A stretch of DNA of 64,000 nucleotides from a bacterium (GTDB taxonomy: Bacteria; Electryoneota; Electryoneia; Electryoneales; Electryoneaceae), in the NCBI GenBank assembly GCA_963675295.2, contig CAXXKJ010000002.1, positions 3,776,001 to 3,840,000 of the forward strand. Reading direction: 5' to 3'. The notes beneath the pieces were generated by a model. It worked only from the letters and a program-made list of their open reading frames with translations. It ran no database searches and was not told the origin of the DNA. Made by a program: the position numbers and the translations under genes. Numbering within the stretch: position 1 is the stretch's first letter; each line of letters starts with the position of its first letter. Below, one piece after another: positions 1 through 9,561 of this stretch.

Positions 1-709
1 CGCAGGAGGCGGCGATATCGGTGTTGATGAAAGCGGTGACGGTGATGGTGTCAACGAGCAGCTCGGAGCCGGCGTTGAACCCGTACCAGCCGAACCACAG
101 CAGACCGGTACCCAGCGCGACCAGCGGAATGCTGTGCGGCTGAGCGTCTGCTTTACGCCGTCGTCCCACGTAAAGCACAGAAGCGAGGGCGGCCATACCC
201 GCCGTGTTGTGTACTGCAATGCCGCCCGCAAAATCGAGTACACCCCACTCTGCGAGCAGGCCGCCACCCCACACCATATGCACGAACGGGAAATACACCA
301 GCACCAGCCACGCGATCAGGAACAGCAGATAAGCCGGGAAGCGGACGCGGTTGGCGAACGCGCCGGTGATCAACGCAGGCGTGATGATCGCGAACATCAT
401 CTGGTAGGAGAAGAACAGGAATTCCGGAATCTCGCCCCCGCCGAACGGCGTGTTCAGCGTGACGCCGTGCAGGAATGCCTTGTCCAGGTTCCCGATGATT
501 CCGCCCTCGCCGCCGCTGAAGCACAGCGAGTAGCCGAACGCGAACCAGAGGATGGTGGTGATGCCGAGCGAAACGAAGCTCTGGTACATGATGCTGAGCA
601 CGTTCCGGCGTCCGACAAGCCCGCCGTAGAAGAACGCCAGTCCCGGTGTCATCAGCATCACGAGGCTGGTCGCGACGAGCATGAAGCCCGTGTGTCCCGT
701 ATCGAACAT
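1..709 (-). CDS. amtB: Ammonium transporter (Amt family), 3' end runs off the window
   Basis: Manual translation from ATG at 709 (RBS GGGAGG): MFDTGHTGFMLVATSLVMLMTPGLAFFYGG…YQMMFAIITPALITGA…DFAGGIAVH…LLWFGWYGFNAGS. These are Amt signature motifs. Absent from the ORF track because no stop lies in the window. Confidence 0.95.
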   Translation of the reverse strand, partial: MFDTGHTGFMLVATSLVMLMTPGLAFFYGGLVGRRNVLSIMYQSFVSLGITTILWFAFGYSLCFSGGEGGIIGNLDKAFLHGVTLNTPFGGGEIPEFLFFSYQMMFAIITPALITGAFANRVRFPAYLLFLIAWLVLVYFPFVHMVWGGGLLAEWGVLDFAGGIAVHNTAGMAALASVLYVGRRRKADAQPHSIPLVALGTGLLWFGWYGFNAGSELLVDTITVTAFINTDIAASC

Positions 710-790
710 TGTATCCTCCCTGGAAATCCAATCCGCCTGATAACAGGCATCTACGAAGAATCAAGTTCGAAAATGCACAAACTCGTAACA

Positions 791-828
791 ATCGGGGAAA
801 CCCTGATTCTTTGCGGGGATTTCCCTGA
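791..828. promoter_or_regulatory. Two tandem imperfect palindromes upstream of amt, candidate regulator binding sites
   Basis: ATCGGGGAAACCCTGAT (791-807) and CGGGGATTTCCCTGA (814-828), 21 bp apart. Confidence 0.5.
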
Positions 829-1107
829 GACGAAAAACGGTAGTCGGTATACGGTGGTCGGTGCTAGGTAGATCAGGGGTTGTGGTTGGTGGTCGGTGGT
901 ATGATCAAGGGGACATCTGACGGCACCTAGCGCAGCTGGTTGGATGTGAGCAACCAGAACGATCTACGGATACAACCAATGAACTGAACGGTCAGTGCCG
1001 GCAGGTGTCCCGGGCAATCGATCTGGCCAGAAAACGATTCCCGCGGGAGCTTCTGTTCGCTACCGTGGCTTATCCATCTAAACCCGTCACCCTCTCCCTC
1101 AGCCCCT

Positions 1108-1761
1108 CTACCCATCCAGCCGCGTCAACCCTTCCCGGATGGCGTACTTGGTGAGTTCGGCGATTGAATTGAGGTTCAGCTTGTTCTTGATCTGGACACG
1201 GTGGGTCTCGATGGTTTTGACGCTGACATTCAGCTTCTCCGCCATATCTTTCGTCGAACTGCCTTCGGCGAGCAGTTGCAGCACTTCCCGTTCGCGCGCA
1301 CTGAGCACGGTGTAGGCCGATTCTTCGTCCTCGCGCACCCGTTCGACAAATTCCTTCACCACCAAATCGGCGATCGCCGGGCTGAGGTACATCCGTCCCG
1401 CACGCACTTCCTGCAACGCGTGGATCAGCTCGTCGAACGACGATTCCTTCAGCACATAGCCCATCGCGCCGGCTTTCAACGCTTCGGTGACATACCGCCG
1501 GTCGGCGTGCATCGACAGCACCAGCACCCGGATTTCCGGACTCTCAGCGAGGATCTGCCGTGTCGCCTCGATGCCGTTGAGGCCAGGCATCGACAGGTCG
1601 ATCAGCACGAAATCGGGCTTCAGCCGCCGGACATCACGCACCGCCGCCAATCCGTCCGCACCCTCCCCTGCAACCTCGAGATCGGGTTGACGGTCGAGCA
1701 GCGGCTTCAACGCGTCCCGGAAAATCTTGTGATCGTCCGCGAGGTAAATCGTCTTCGGCAT
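1108..1761 (-). CDS. NarL/FixJ-family response regulator (REC + LuxR HTH)
   Basis: IYLADDHKIFR, LIDLSMPGLNG, GAMGYVLK, LSAREREVLQLLAEG…SVKTIETHR; start taken at MPKT. Confidence 0.95.
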   Translation of the reverse strand: MPKTIYLADDHKIFRDALKPLLDRQPDLEVAGEGADGLAAVRDVRRLKPDFVLIDLSMPGLNGIEATRQILAESPEIRVLVLSMHADRRYVTEALKAGAMGYVLKESSFDELIHALQEVRAGRMYLSPAIADLVVKEFVERVREDEESAYTVLSAREREVLQLLAEGSSTKDMAEKLNVSVKTIETHRVQIKNKLNLNSIAELTKYAIREGLTRLDG

Positions 1762-1766
1762 CGGCC

Positions 1767-2447
1767 TTACGCCCCTCGTTCCGGCAGAATAATTCGAATC
1801 CGCGTGCCCTTGCCCGGTGTGGAATCGCACTCGAGCTGGCCACCGGTAAAGTCAAGCTGTTCCCGGATGTTGAACAATCCGAGCCCGTGGTCTTCGTCCG
1901 GCATCGACTTTAATGTGGCGGTGTCAAATCCGACCCCGTTGTCGCTGACTTCGACGTATTGCCGGTTGCCATCGCGCCCGAGCGTGATCTGCGCTTTCTT
2001 CGCGTTGGCGTGCTTCACCACGTTGATCAGCAGTTCCCGTGCAGTGCTGAACAACTGGCCGTTGAGCTCGTCGTCGCCGGTGTCCACCGGATACTTTTCC
2101 ACGACCTTCACCTTCAGGCCGTGCTTGATCTCGAAATGTTCCGCCAGCCATTCGAGTGCGGCGGGCAGGCCAAGCTCATGCAGCACCGGCGGGCTGATTT
2201 CGAAGCACAGCGTGCGCGTGTTGCGGATGGTCTGGTCGAGCATCTGCAGGATTTCGTTGACGTTCTTGTCGAACCCACTGAAGACCGCGTCCCCGCGCAA
2301 CGTGATCAGCTTCATCCGCATGAACGCCAGCGACTGCCCGATGTTGTCGTGCAGCTCGCGCGCAATCTGCCGCCGCTCGCGGTCACGGGCACGGCTGAGT
2401 TCGCTGGCCAGTCGTCGCAGACGCGCTTCGTGCGCTTCGGAATTCAT
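1767..2447 (-). CDS. HisKA_3-type histidine kinase with no sensor domain
   Basis: ERRQIARELHDNIGQSL (H box), ELLINVVKHA (N box), DNGVGFD, GLGLFNIRE, STPGKGT. Confidence 0.9.
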   Translation of the reverse strand: MNSEAHEARLRRLASELSRARDRERRQIARELHDNIGQSLAFMRMKLITLRGDAVFSGFDKNVNEILQMLDQTIRNTRTLCFEISPPVLHELGLPAALEWLAEHFEIKHGLKVKVVEKYPVDTGDDELNGQLFSTARELLINVVKHANAKKAQITLGRDGNRQYVEVSDNGVGFDTATLKSMPDEDHGLGLFNIREQLDFTGGQLECDSTPGKGTRIRIILPERGA

Positions 2448-2653
2448 CGTCTTCCCAGTTGGTTACCCGCCGTCCCGGATGGCAGCCTGGTGTCACATCC
2501 AGCAACAATATACGTGCATCGGGCAACAGCACCTCGATCGCGCTCGTCACGGCCCGCAATCTCGCTTGGAACACAGGTTCTCATTGCAAACGTGCTGGTA
2601 AAATACGATGTTGGATAGGCCGGATAACATTATTCTACATATAGGGGGCCCTC

Positions 2654-3088
2654 ATGCTGTTGCAGGATCTGCTTAAAGGCAAGGATGTCGGCGTCGTCAC
2701 CGTTCCCACCGGAACGCTGGTGATTGAAGCCGTCAGGCAGATGGTCAAACACAAGATCGGCGCGATTCTCGTCGTCAACGGGGAGGAGATCCTCGGCATC
2801 TTCACCGAACGCGATCACCTTAAAGCCTCTGCGGTGGGCACGCCGGATCCGGGCAATGCGATCATCGACGATCACATGACGCGCGATCTGGTCGTCGGCC
2901 TGTTGGCGGACACGGCTCAGCGCGCGATGGCGACGATGACCGAAAAGCGGGTCCGTCACCTCCCCGTGATGGACGGCAGCAAGCTGGTCGGGATTGTTTC
3001 CATCGGTGACGTGGTCAAAGCCGTGGTCGATGTGCAGGAAGTTGAACTACGCTACTTGAAGGATTATGTCAGCGGCCGTGTTTCCTGA
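2654..3088 (+). CDS. CBS-pair domain protein
   Basis: KIGAILVV…GIFTERD and RVRHLPV…GIVSIGDVVK. Confidence 0.9.
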   Translation: MLLQDLLKGKDVGVVTVPTGTLVIEAVRQMVKHKIGAILVVNGEEILGIFTERDHLKASAVGTPDPGNAIIDDHMTRDLVVGLLADTAQRAMATMTEKRVRHLPVMDGSKLVGIVSIGDVVKAVVDVQEVELRYLKDYVSGRVS

Positions 3089-3231
3089 TCAATACCGCTG
3101 GTAGTCTGTCTCTGAGAGAGAGTAACAAAACGCGACGGGGTCCACCGCGAACGGTGTTCCTTGTCGCGTTTTTGCGTAATTTCGATAGCATCAGCATGCG
3201 GTTAACTGCTGACATTCGAGAGGGAGGTATC

Positions 3232-4887
3232 ATGAAACGCTACGGATTGCTTTTTCTTCTGATCGTCATTCTGGCGGCACAGCCGGTGCTCGCCGACTGG
3301 ACGATCGTTGACGCCGGAATCAACGCCACGATCAACGCCGTCAGTTATCCAACCGCGGACGACGCCTGGTTGTGTGACGCATCCGGCGGAGTCTGGCACA
3401 CCGCCAATGGCGGACAGACCTGGGATGAACAGATCAATTTCGGCCTCGAAACCATGCGCGGCATCAGTTTCGCGGACAATCAGTTCGGCACCACGGTTGC
3501 CTATTCCGGTTCGATCTACAAGACGACCGATGGCGGCGACAACTGGTCCACCGTTCAGGAAGGCTTCCTGATCTCGTGGTACGATGTTTACACCATCCCC
3601 GGCACGCAGGCATCTTTTTGCGCCGGCCAGAACACCATCTTCTCCCCGCTGGTGATGTACACCACCGACGGCTGGGCAACCGACGACGCGTTTACGTTCT
3701 ACATCGACATTGGCGGTAGCCTCAACGAAGGCTCGATTCGTTGCTTCCACGCCTTGGATACCAGCACGTTCATCGCGGGCTGCCGCGTGTTCGACGGCAC
3801 TGGCGCGATCTGCCGGTCAACCGACGGCGGTGATACGTGGGTAACGGTCTGGCATGATTCGTCCCCGGTGTTCGACCTCGCGTTCCTCGATGCCAATGTC
3901 GGCGTCGCGGCGCTCAGTGACGGTTCGATCATGCGCACCACCGACGGCGGCGCCTCCTGGACGACGGTCATGGACGAGCCCGGTTCGCCGATGCAGGGTG
4001 TCGCGTTCCAGGATGCTGATCACGTCTGGGCGGTGGGTGGCGGTGGATCGATGTACTCCAGCACCGACGGTGGTGTCACCTGGACCGAGGAAGACAGTGG
4101 CACAACCATGTCGCTGTGGTCAATCGACTTCGCGAACGCCGATTCCGGGATTGCGGTTGGCGCGAACGGAACCATCCTTGTCTACGACACCGGCGGTGCA
4201 CCGGCGGCACTGGACCTGATCGCGATCAACACCGAGCTGCCCTCCACAGGCGGCACCATCTACTACGATGTGTCATTCGAAAGCACGTACCCGAACACGG
4301 TCAATGGCCTGCGCTTCTGGGTGATGGTTGACGCTCCCAACGAGCAGTCGTACCTGACGCTATCCCAGTATTTCACCCACACGCCGTCCATGAGTGTGTA
4401 CCTCTCCGCTGTGGAACAACCGGTACCATCTTTCGCGCCGGGCGGGACCTACACCCTCACCGGACACATCGGCTTCTACCCGAACGCGCTGCTGATGGAC
4501 AGCTTCGAGTTCTTCAAGGACGGCGGCGGCAGCTCAGATGGCACAAACTCTGATCCGTCAGCATGGCAGAGCAGGAGTGAGCTTGCCTTGGCGTCGGGAT
4601 CTGTGACAGCGGCAAACCCCAGCGAGTTTGCACTGAGCGCGGCATTCCCGAATCCGTTCAACCCGGCGGCCTCGGTGTCGGTGTCCCTGCCACAGGCGTC
4701 CGAGCTGACGGTTCAGGTGTTTGACGTCACCGGCCGGCTGGTGACGACATTGGCGAATGGCGGATTCACTGCCGGCCTGCACGCCTTCACCATTGACGGC
4801 ACCAACCTCGCCAGCGGGTTGTATTTCGTCCGCGCGAATGTGCCCGGCCAGTGGCAGATGACACGGAAAGTGACATTGCTCAAGTAG
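3232..4887 (+). CDS. Secreted Ycf48/BNR-repeat beta-propeller protein with T9SS-like C-terminal sorting domain
   Basis: Signal peptide MKRYGLLFLL…; repeated (S/T)xDGGxxW; PNPFN…KVTLLK C-terminus; RBS GGAGG. Confidence 0.85.
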   Translation: MKRYGLLFLLIVILAAQPVLADWTIVDAGINATINAVSYPTADDAWLCDASGGVWHTANGGQTWDEQINFGLETMRGISFADNQFGTTVAYSGSIYKTTDGGDNWSTVQEGFLISWYDVYTIPGTQASFCAGQNTIFSPLVMYTTDGWATDDAFTFYIDIGGSLNEGSIRCFHALDTSTFIAGCRVFDGTGAICRSTDGGDTWVTVWHDSSPVFDLAFLDANVGVAALSDGSIMRTTDGGASWTTVMDEPGSPMQGVAFQDADHVWAVGGGGSMYSSTDGGVTWTEEDSGTTMSLWSIDFANADSGIAVGANGTILVYDTGGAPAALDLIAINTELPSTGGTIYYDVSFESTYPNTVNGLRFWVMVDAPNEQSYLTLSQYFTHTPSMSVYLSAVEQPVPSFAPGGTYTLTGHIGFYPNALLMDSFEFFKDGGGSSDGTNSDPSAWQSRSELALASGSVTAANPSEFALSAAFPNPFNPAASVSVSLPQASELTVQVFDVTGRLVTTLANGGFTAGLHAFTIDGTNLASGLYFVRANVPGQWQMTRKVTLLK

Positions 4888-4933
4888 CGGCAGGCTGCAT
4901 ATCATGATCCAACGAATCGTTCACCGATTCCCG

Positions 4934-4967
4934 AGCCCCGGTTTCCGCCGGGGCTTGTTTGTTTTTT
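4934..4967 (+). terminator. Intrinsic terminator
   Basis: AGCCCCGG-TTTCCG-CCGGGGCT followed by a T-rich tract. Confidence 0.7.
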
Positions 4968-5079
4968 CCGGCCCGGCACTATACTCTCCGGTAGAACATA
5001 GACAGCGCAACGTTTTCACGTCGCGTTCATCCTACCTTCATCGTGAATTGCCCCCCATCGATTCACCGGAGCCCTCAGC

Positions 5080-7413
5080 ATGTTCACTGTGAACCATGTC
5101 CGCAGACCGATTCTGTCTGGCGTACTGTTTCTGCTCTTCGTTCTGACCGTTCCCGCTTTCGCGACGATCTGGCACGGGCAGGTACTCGACGCCCACACCG
5201 GCCAGCCGATCGCGAATGCCACCCTGCAATCCGCCGCAGACAACCGCAGTTGGACCAGCGACGACAATGGCGATTTTTCGTTGCAGCTTTCCGGCGACGA
5301 TTCACCAGTCCATGTTCTGGTTTCCCGGCTGGGCTACTACGCCGCCGAGTTTGCGTTACGCGAGGACGGCGAAGCTGGCAACACTTTCCAGCCGTTGTTG
5401 CTGATCCCGAAGCCGATCGCGCTGGAAGAGATCTACCTCACCGCCCAGCGTGGCACGGGAGAACTGGTCGACTTGTTCGCCGGTGACCGGCTGCAGGAAG
5501 GGTTGCCGAACGATGTCGCGGAAGTGTTTGCCAATACGCCGGGTTACGGAGTGGTGCGCAAGGGCGCGTACGGTTCCGACCCGGTCATCCGTGGCTTCAA
5601 GCGGGATCAACTGCAGGTACGCATCAACGGCATCGGCACCTTGGATAGCGCCTGCCCGAACCGCATGGACCCGGTCACCGCGCAGATTCAACCGGCCGAT
5701 CTCAAGGACGTGCAGGTCACCAAAGGCCCGTACTCGCTGCGCTACGGAACTTCGTTCGGTGGCGTGGTCAATCTCTCAACCCACCGCCCGACACCGAGCT
5801 ACGGCGACCCCGGCTGGCAATCCTCCGCCCTGTTCCGCTATGAGGGCAACGGTGAGGGCAAAGTCGCGCGAGCGTCTCTGGTACGCAGTGACAAGCATTA
5901 CGGCTTCCGTATCTCCGGTGGTGTCAAGGATTATGGCAACGTGACCGACGGTGACGGCAACGAAATCCCGTCCAGCTTCTCCGTGTACGATTACACCGTG
6001 CTCGGCGCGCTACGTCCCGCGGCCAACCACATGCTCGACGTGCTGTTCCGTCAATCGTTCGGACGCGACATTGAATACGCCGGCTTGCCGATGGACGCTG
6101 CGATCGACGACGCGACGCTCGTCCAGGGCACCTGGCGCTGGACGCAACCGTTCCGCTGGATGCCACAGCTCGAGCTGGCAGGTTACATGAGCCAGGTTGA
6201 TCACGAGATGGACAACCTCGCCCGTCCCAACGCCGTCGCGGCGCAATCAGTTGCGAACACCTCGGCGGATACGTACGGCGGTCGTCTCGAGACCCTGATC
6301 TCCGGTGGTGACAGTGGGATGCTGTACGTCGGCGTGGACAATGATATCGTCGCCAAAGACGGTCAGCGCCGGCGTGAGGTGTACGTCAATACCTGCACCG
6401 GGATGACAATGGACCCGCCGGTAACGTTCTACGACGGTGTCTGGCAGGACGTGACCTCGATCCGCAGCGGCGTGTTCACCGAGTGGGAAGGCCGCTTGAG
6501 CCAGTCGACCCGTTACCAGGCCGGTGCGCGGTTTGACATGCACCAGGCCGACAGCGACAACCCGGCCACGCAGTTCATCTCGGCGTATGGATCAGACCTC
6601 AGCAGCTCCAACGAGGCTGTGTCGGTCACCGCATCCATCGCTCAGCAGGTCGCCCGCGACGCGGAAGTGCGTCTGTCGCTCGGCCAGGGCACACGCTTCC
6701 CCAGCCTCACCGAGCTGTACATCAACCATCTCACCGTCGGGCAGGACGCCTTCGAGTACTTCGGCAACCCGAACCTCAAGCCCGAGATGAACCGTCAGGT
6801 TGACCTTTCCTTCGGCATGGCAACCGGTCCGGTGGATTTCCAGTTGACCGGGTATGTTTCGTTCCTCACCGACGCGATCACCGCGCAGGTTGACCCGAAT
6901 TTACCCCGCTTGTACATGCCGTGCATGGACCCGCAGAATACCAAACGCTTTGTCAATGTGGATGAGGCGCGTGTCGCCGGATTTGACTGGACGGCGGGCT
7001 TTCAGCTACACCCGAAGCTGCACCTGCAGACCAGCCTCGCCTACACCTGGGCGCAGAACATCACCGACGACGAACCGATGCCGGAGATCCCACCGTTCGA
7101 AGGACGCTGGACATTGCACTACGCGCTGGATTTCATCCACGGTGGCTGGATCGACCTGCATGGCCGTCACGTAAGCGAACAGACCCGTGTCGCGTCCAGT
7201 TTTGGCGAACAGGAATCGGACGCGTTCAACGTGTTCGACGTGCGTGCAGGCATGGCGGTCGGCAAACATCTGCGGATTGTCGCGGGCGTGCAGAATGTGC
7301 TCGACGAACAGTACCGCGAACACCTCAACCGCAACTACAAGAACCAGTATACGATGCAGCCGTTGTACGAGCCCGGCCGCAATGTGTACCTGCAGCTTGG
7401 CGTGACGTACTGA
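5080..7413 (+). CDS. TonB-dependent receptor, OprC/NosA-like (probably copper)
   Basis: Signal peptide, plug motif DPVIRG…ACPNRMDP…VTKGPYSLRYG, GNPNLKPE, C-terminal PGRNVYLQLGVTY beta-signal. Confidence 0.85.
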   Translation: MFTVNHVRRPILSGVLFLLFVLTVPAFATIWHGQVLDAHTGQPIANATLQSAADNRSWTSDDNGDFSLQLSGDDSPVHVLVSRLGYYAAEFALREDGEAGNTFQPLLLIPKPIALEEIYLTAQRGTGELVDLFAGDRLQEGLPNDVAEVFANTPGYGVVRKGAYGSDPVIRGFKRDQLQVRINGIGTLDSACPNRMDPVTAQIQPADLKDVQVTKGPYSLRYGTSFGGVVNLSTHRPTPSYGDPGWQSSALFRYEGNGEGKVARASLVRSDKHYGFRISGGVKDYGNVTDGDGNEIPSSFSVYDYTVLGALRPAANHMLDVLFRQSFGRDIEYAGLPMDAAIDDATLVQGTWRWTQPFRWMPQLELAGYMSQVDHEMDNLARPNAVAAQSVANTSADTYGGRLETLISGGDSGMLYVGVDNDIVAKDGQRRREVYVNTCTGMTMDPPVTFYDGVWQDVTSIRSGVFTEWEGRLSQSTRYQAGARFDMHQADSDNPATQFISAYGSDLSSSNEAVSVTASIAQQVARDAEVRLSLGQGTRFPSLTELYINHLTVGQDAFEYFGNPNLKPEMNRQVDLSFGMATGPVDFQLTGYVSFLTDAITAQVDPNLPRLYMPCMDPQNTKRFVNVDEARVAGFDWTAGFQLHPKLHLQTSLAYTWAQNITDDEPMPEIPPFEGRWTLHYALDFIHGGWIDLHGRHVSEQTRVASSFGEQESDAFNVFDVRAGMAVGKHLRIVAGVQNVLDEQYREHLNRNYKNQYTMQPLYEPGRNVYLQLGVTY

Positions 7414-7520
7414 GCGTATGAGCGGGGAAGCAGCGTGTGTAGATGAATCTGAGACGCGTGTGAACCCACCGAATGCAGCGGTTTCGACCGATATCCCGAG
7501 CGTGGAAAGTGGCAAACGAG

Positions 7521-7546
7521 ACAACCCGGCTCATCAGCCGGGTTGT
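7521..7546. terminator. Hairpin between the convergent TonB receptor gene and tRNA
   Basis: ACAACCCGGC-TCATCA-GCCGGGTTGT. Confidence 0.65.
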
Positions 7547-7555
7547 TTGTGCTTG

Positions 7556-7643
7556 CGGAGAGGGCGGGATTCGAACCCGCGTCCAGGGGTTACCTGAAAC
7601 ACGCTTTCCAAGCGTGCGCCTTCAGCCACTCGGCCACCTCTCC
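7556..7643 (-). tRNA. tRNA-Ser (anticodon GGA), CCA not encoded
   Basis: GGAGAGGTGGCCGAGTGGCTGAAGGCG-CACGC-TTGGAAA-GCGTG, long variable arm, GCGGGTTCGAATCCCGC, CCTCTCCG. Confidence 0.97.
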
Positions 7644-7903
7644 AGCGCACAGTCTGTCGTGCAGCGATGCGGAAGGTAGCGCAGGCACATCGGATGACGC
7701 AAACTCCAGCTGCGGGGGTGGAGCCTGCTTCGTGTGAACCCATACGTCCAGTATTTCCGGGCGTTGCACCTGCCGTTCGTCTTTTGTGTTTTTGGACAAA
7801 CACTGCTCTCAGGGTACGGCTGATTTATCGCTGGCATTGTGCAGAGCCCGCTCAATTGTTCTGATTACGGGCGATTTGACCACCAACGATCCGGGCAGCA
7901 CGA

Positions 7904-9385
7904 ATGCACATCACGTTCCTCAATCCGCAGGGGAATTTCGACCCTCTTGACAGCCATCTGACCGACCATCCGGATTTCGGGGGCCAGCTGGTGTATGTCA
8001 AGGAGTTGACGATCCAGCTTGGCCGTCTCGGGCACAAGGTCGACATTCTCACCCGCCGGATCGAGGATCCTGAGTGGCCGGAATTCAGCGATGCTGAGGA
8101 CGGCTACCCGGGCCAGAAGAATGTGCGCATCCTCCGGTTTCCGTGTGGCCCGAAGCACTTCCTCGAGAAGGAAGATCTTTGGCCGTACATCGCGGAGTGG
8201 GTGGATAATGTCCGCTCGTTTTATAAGGCAGAAGGATCGCTGCCGGACATTCACACCGCGCACTACGCCGACGGCGGCCTCGCCGGCACGATGATCAACG
8301 AGCTCGACGGCACACCGTTTACCTTCACCTCCCACAGCCTCGGTGCGCAGAAGCTGGACCGGTTACTGGCGAAGGACATGCCGTTTGACGAAGCCGTCGA
8401 GAAGTTTCATTTCGACAAACGTCTCGCCGCGGAACGTTGCGCCGTGGCTCATGCCGAACTGATCATCACCAGCAGCGAAAAGGAACGGCTGCACCATCTC
8501 GCCCACAAGGTGTACCGCGACGCGATTGATGTCAGCGATGACAGCCGCTTCAAACGCATCCCACCCGGGGTTAATCTCGATATCTTTGCCGAAACCTCGA
8601 CCTACGAGAACGAGCAGCAGGTCGCGACCCTGATCGAGGAGACCCTCCATCGCGACATCCCGATGATGCGCCGTCACCTGCCGATGGTTGTTTGTTCCAG
8701 CCGGTTGGTGGAAAAGAAGAACATCATCGGCCTGGTGCGGGCCTGGGCTCACAGCGAAACGTTGATGGCATCCGCGAATCTGCTGATTAGCGTCACCGGC
8801 GATCCCTACCCCTTCCGGGCTCCGGCGGGTACCTTCACTCCGCAGGAAGACGCGATTCTCGACGAACTGCGTGAGCTGATCGACGAGCGGAATTTATGGC
8901 CGTGCGTGATGACGATCTCCCTCCCGACGCAGCATGACCTCGCCGCCGCCTATCGTCACCTGGCGAAGAACCGGCAGGGCGTGTTCGCGTTGACGGCGTT
9001 CCATGAACCGTTTGGCCTCTCGCCGTTGGAAGCGCTGGCCTGTGGCATGCCGGTGGTGGTGACCAACAGCGGTGGTCCAGCGGAAAGCCTCAAGGATGAG
9101 GCGGGTGTGCTGGTTGATCCCAACGATCCGGACGACATCGCGTCCGGCCTGTTGAAGCTGGTGCAACGGGAAGATTGCTGGCACAGCTACCGCGAAGCGG
9201 GCATGGCCCGGGTGATGCAGTATTACACCTGGCCCCGTTCGGCGGTGGAATACGAAAAGACCCTGCAGCAAGTCGTGAACAATCAACCAGCCCGCCGCAC
9301 ATCACAGGTATGCCCGGAGTGGTTCAGGCACCCGGGCAAGGACAGTTTTCCCACCGACTGGCTGCTAAAAGCTTGGTCCCGGTGA
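7904..9385 (+). CDS. Sucrose-phosphate synthase-like GT4 glycosyltransferase
   Basis: FLNPQGNFDP…HPDFGGQLVYVKE, HYADGG, HSLGAQK, SRLVEKKN and EPFGL match the Halothermothrix-type SPS motifs as I recall them; no fused phosphatase domain. Confidence 0.8.
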   Translation: MHITFLNPQGNFDPLDSHLTDHPDFGGQLVYVKELTIQLGRLGHKVDILTRRIEDPEWPEFSDAEDGYPGQKNVRILRFPCGPKHFLEKEDLWPYIAEWVDNVRSFYKAEGSLPDIHTAHYADGGLAGTMINELDGTPFTFTSHSLGAQKLDRLLAKDMPFDEAVEKFHFDKRLAAERCAVAHAELIITSSEKERLHHLAHKVYRDAIDVSDDSRFKRIPPGVNLDIFAETSTYENEQQVATLIEETLHRDIPMMRRHLPMVVCSSRLVEKKNIIGLVRAWAHSETLMASANLLISVTGDPYPFRAPAGTFTPQEDAILDELRELIDERNLWPCVMTISLPTQHDLAAAYRHLAKNRQGVFALTAFHEPFGLSPLEALACGMPVVVTNSGGPAESLKDEAGVLVDPNDPDDIASGLLKLVQREDCWHSYREAGMARVMQYYTWPRSAVEYEKTLQQVVNNQPARRTSQVCPEWFRHPGKDSFPTDWLLKAWSR

Positions 9386-9561
9386 GGTTGGCCCTGCTAG
9401 TTGCCAACCTTTCCTGCTGCCTCTCCCCGGTGCAAAAAAAATACTGGTTTTTCGAGTAAGGCGTTCCGAACCCCGCTTTCCCGCCGTAGCTTGCGGGGGG
9501 ATGAGGAATACGTTTTGCCAGCCGCATTTTGCTTTGACTGCTAACAATGGAGCCCCCTCCC

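Noticed and set aside
134-871. ORF-track calls 134-871 (+) and 153-791 (-)
   Set aside because: Both overlap the real amt frame starting at 709 and lack motifs.
7556-7643. tRNA-Ser as an island integration site
   Set aside because: No duplicated tRNA 3' end or adjacent integrase was found in the window.
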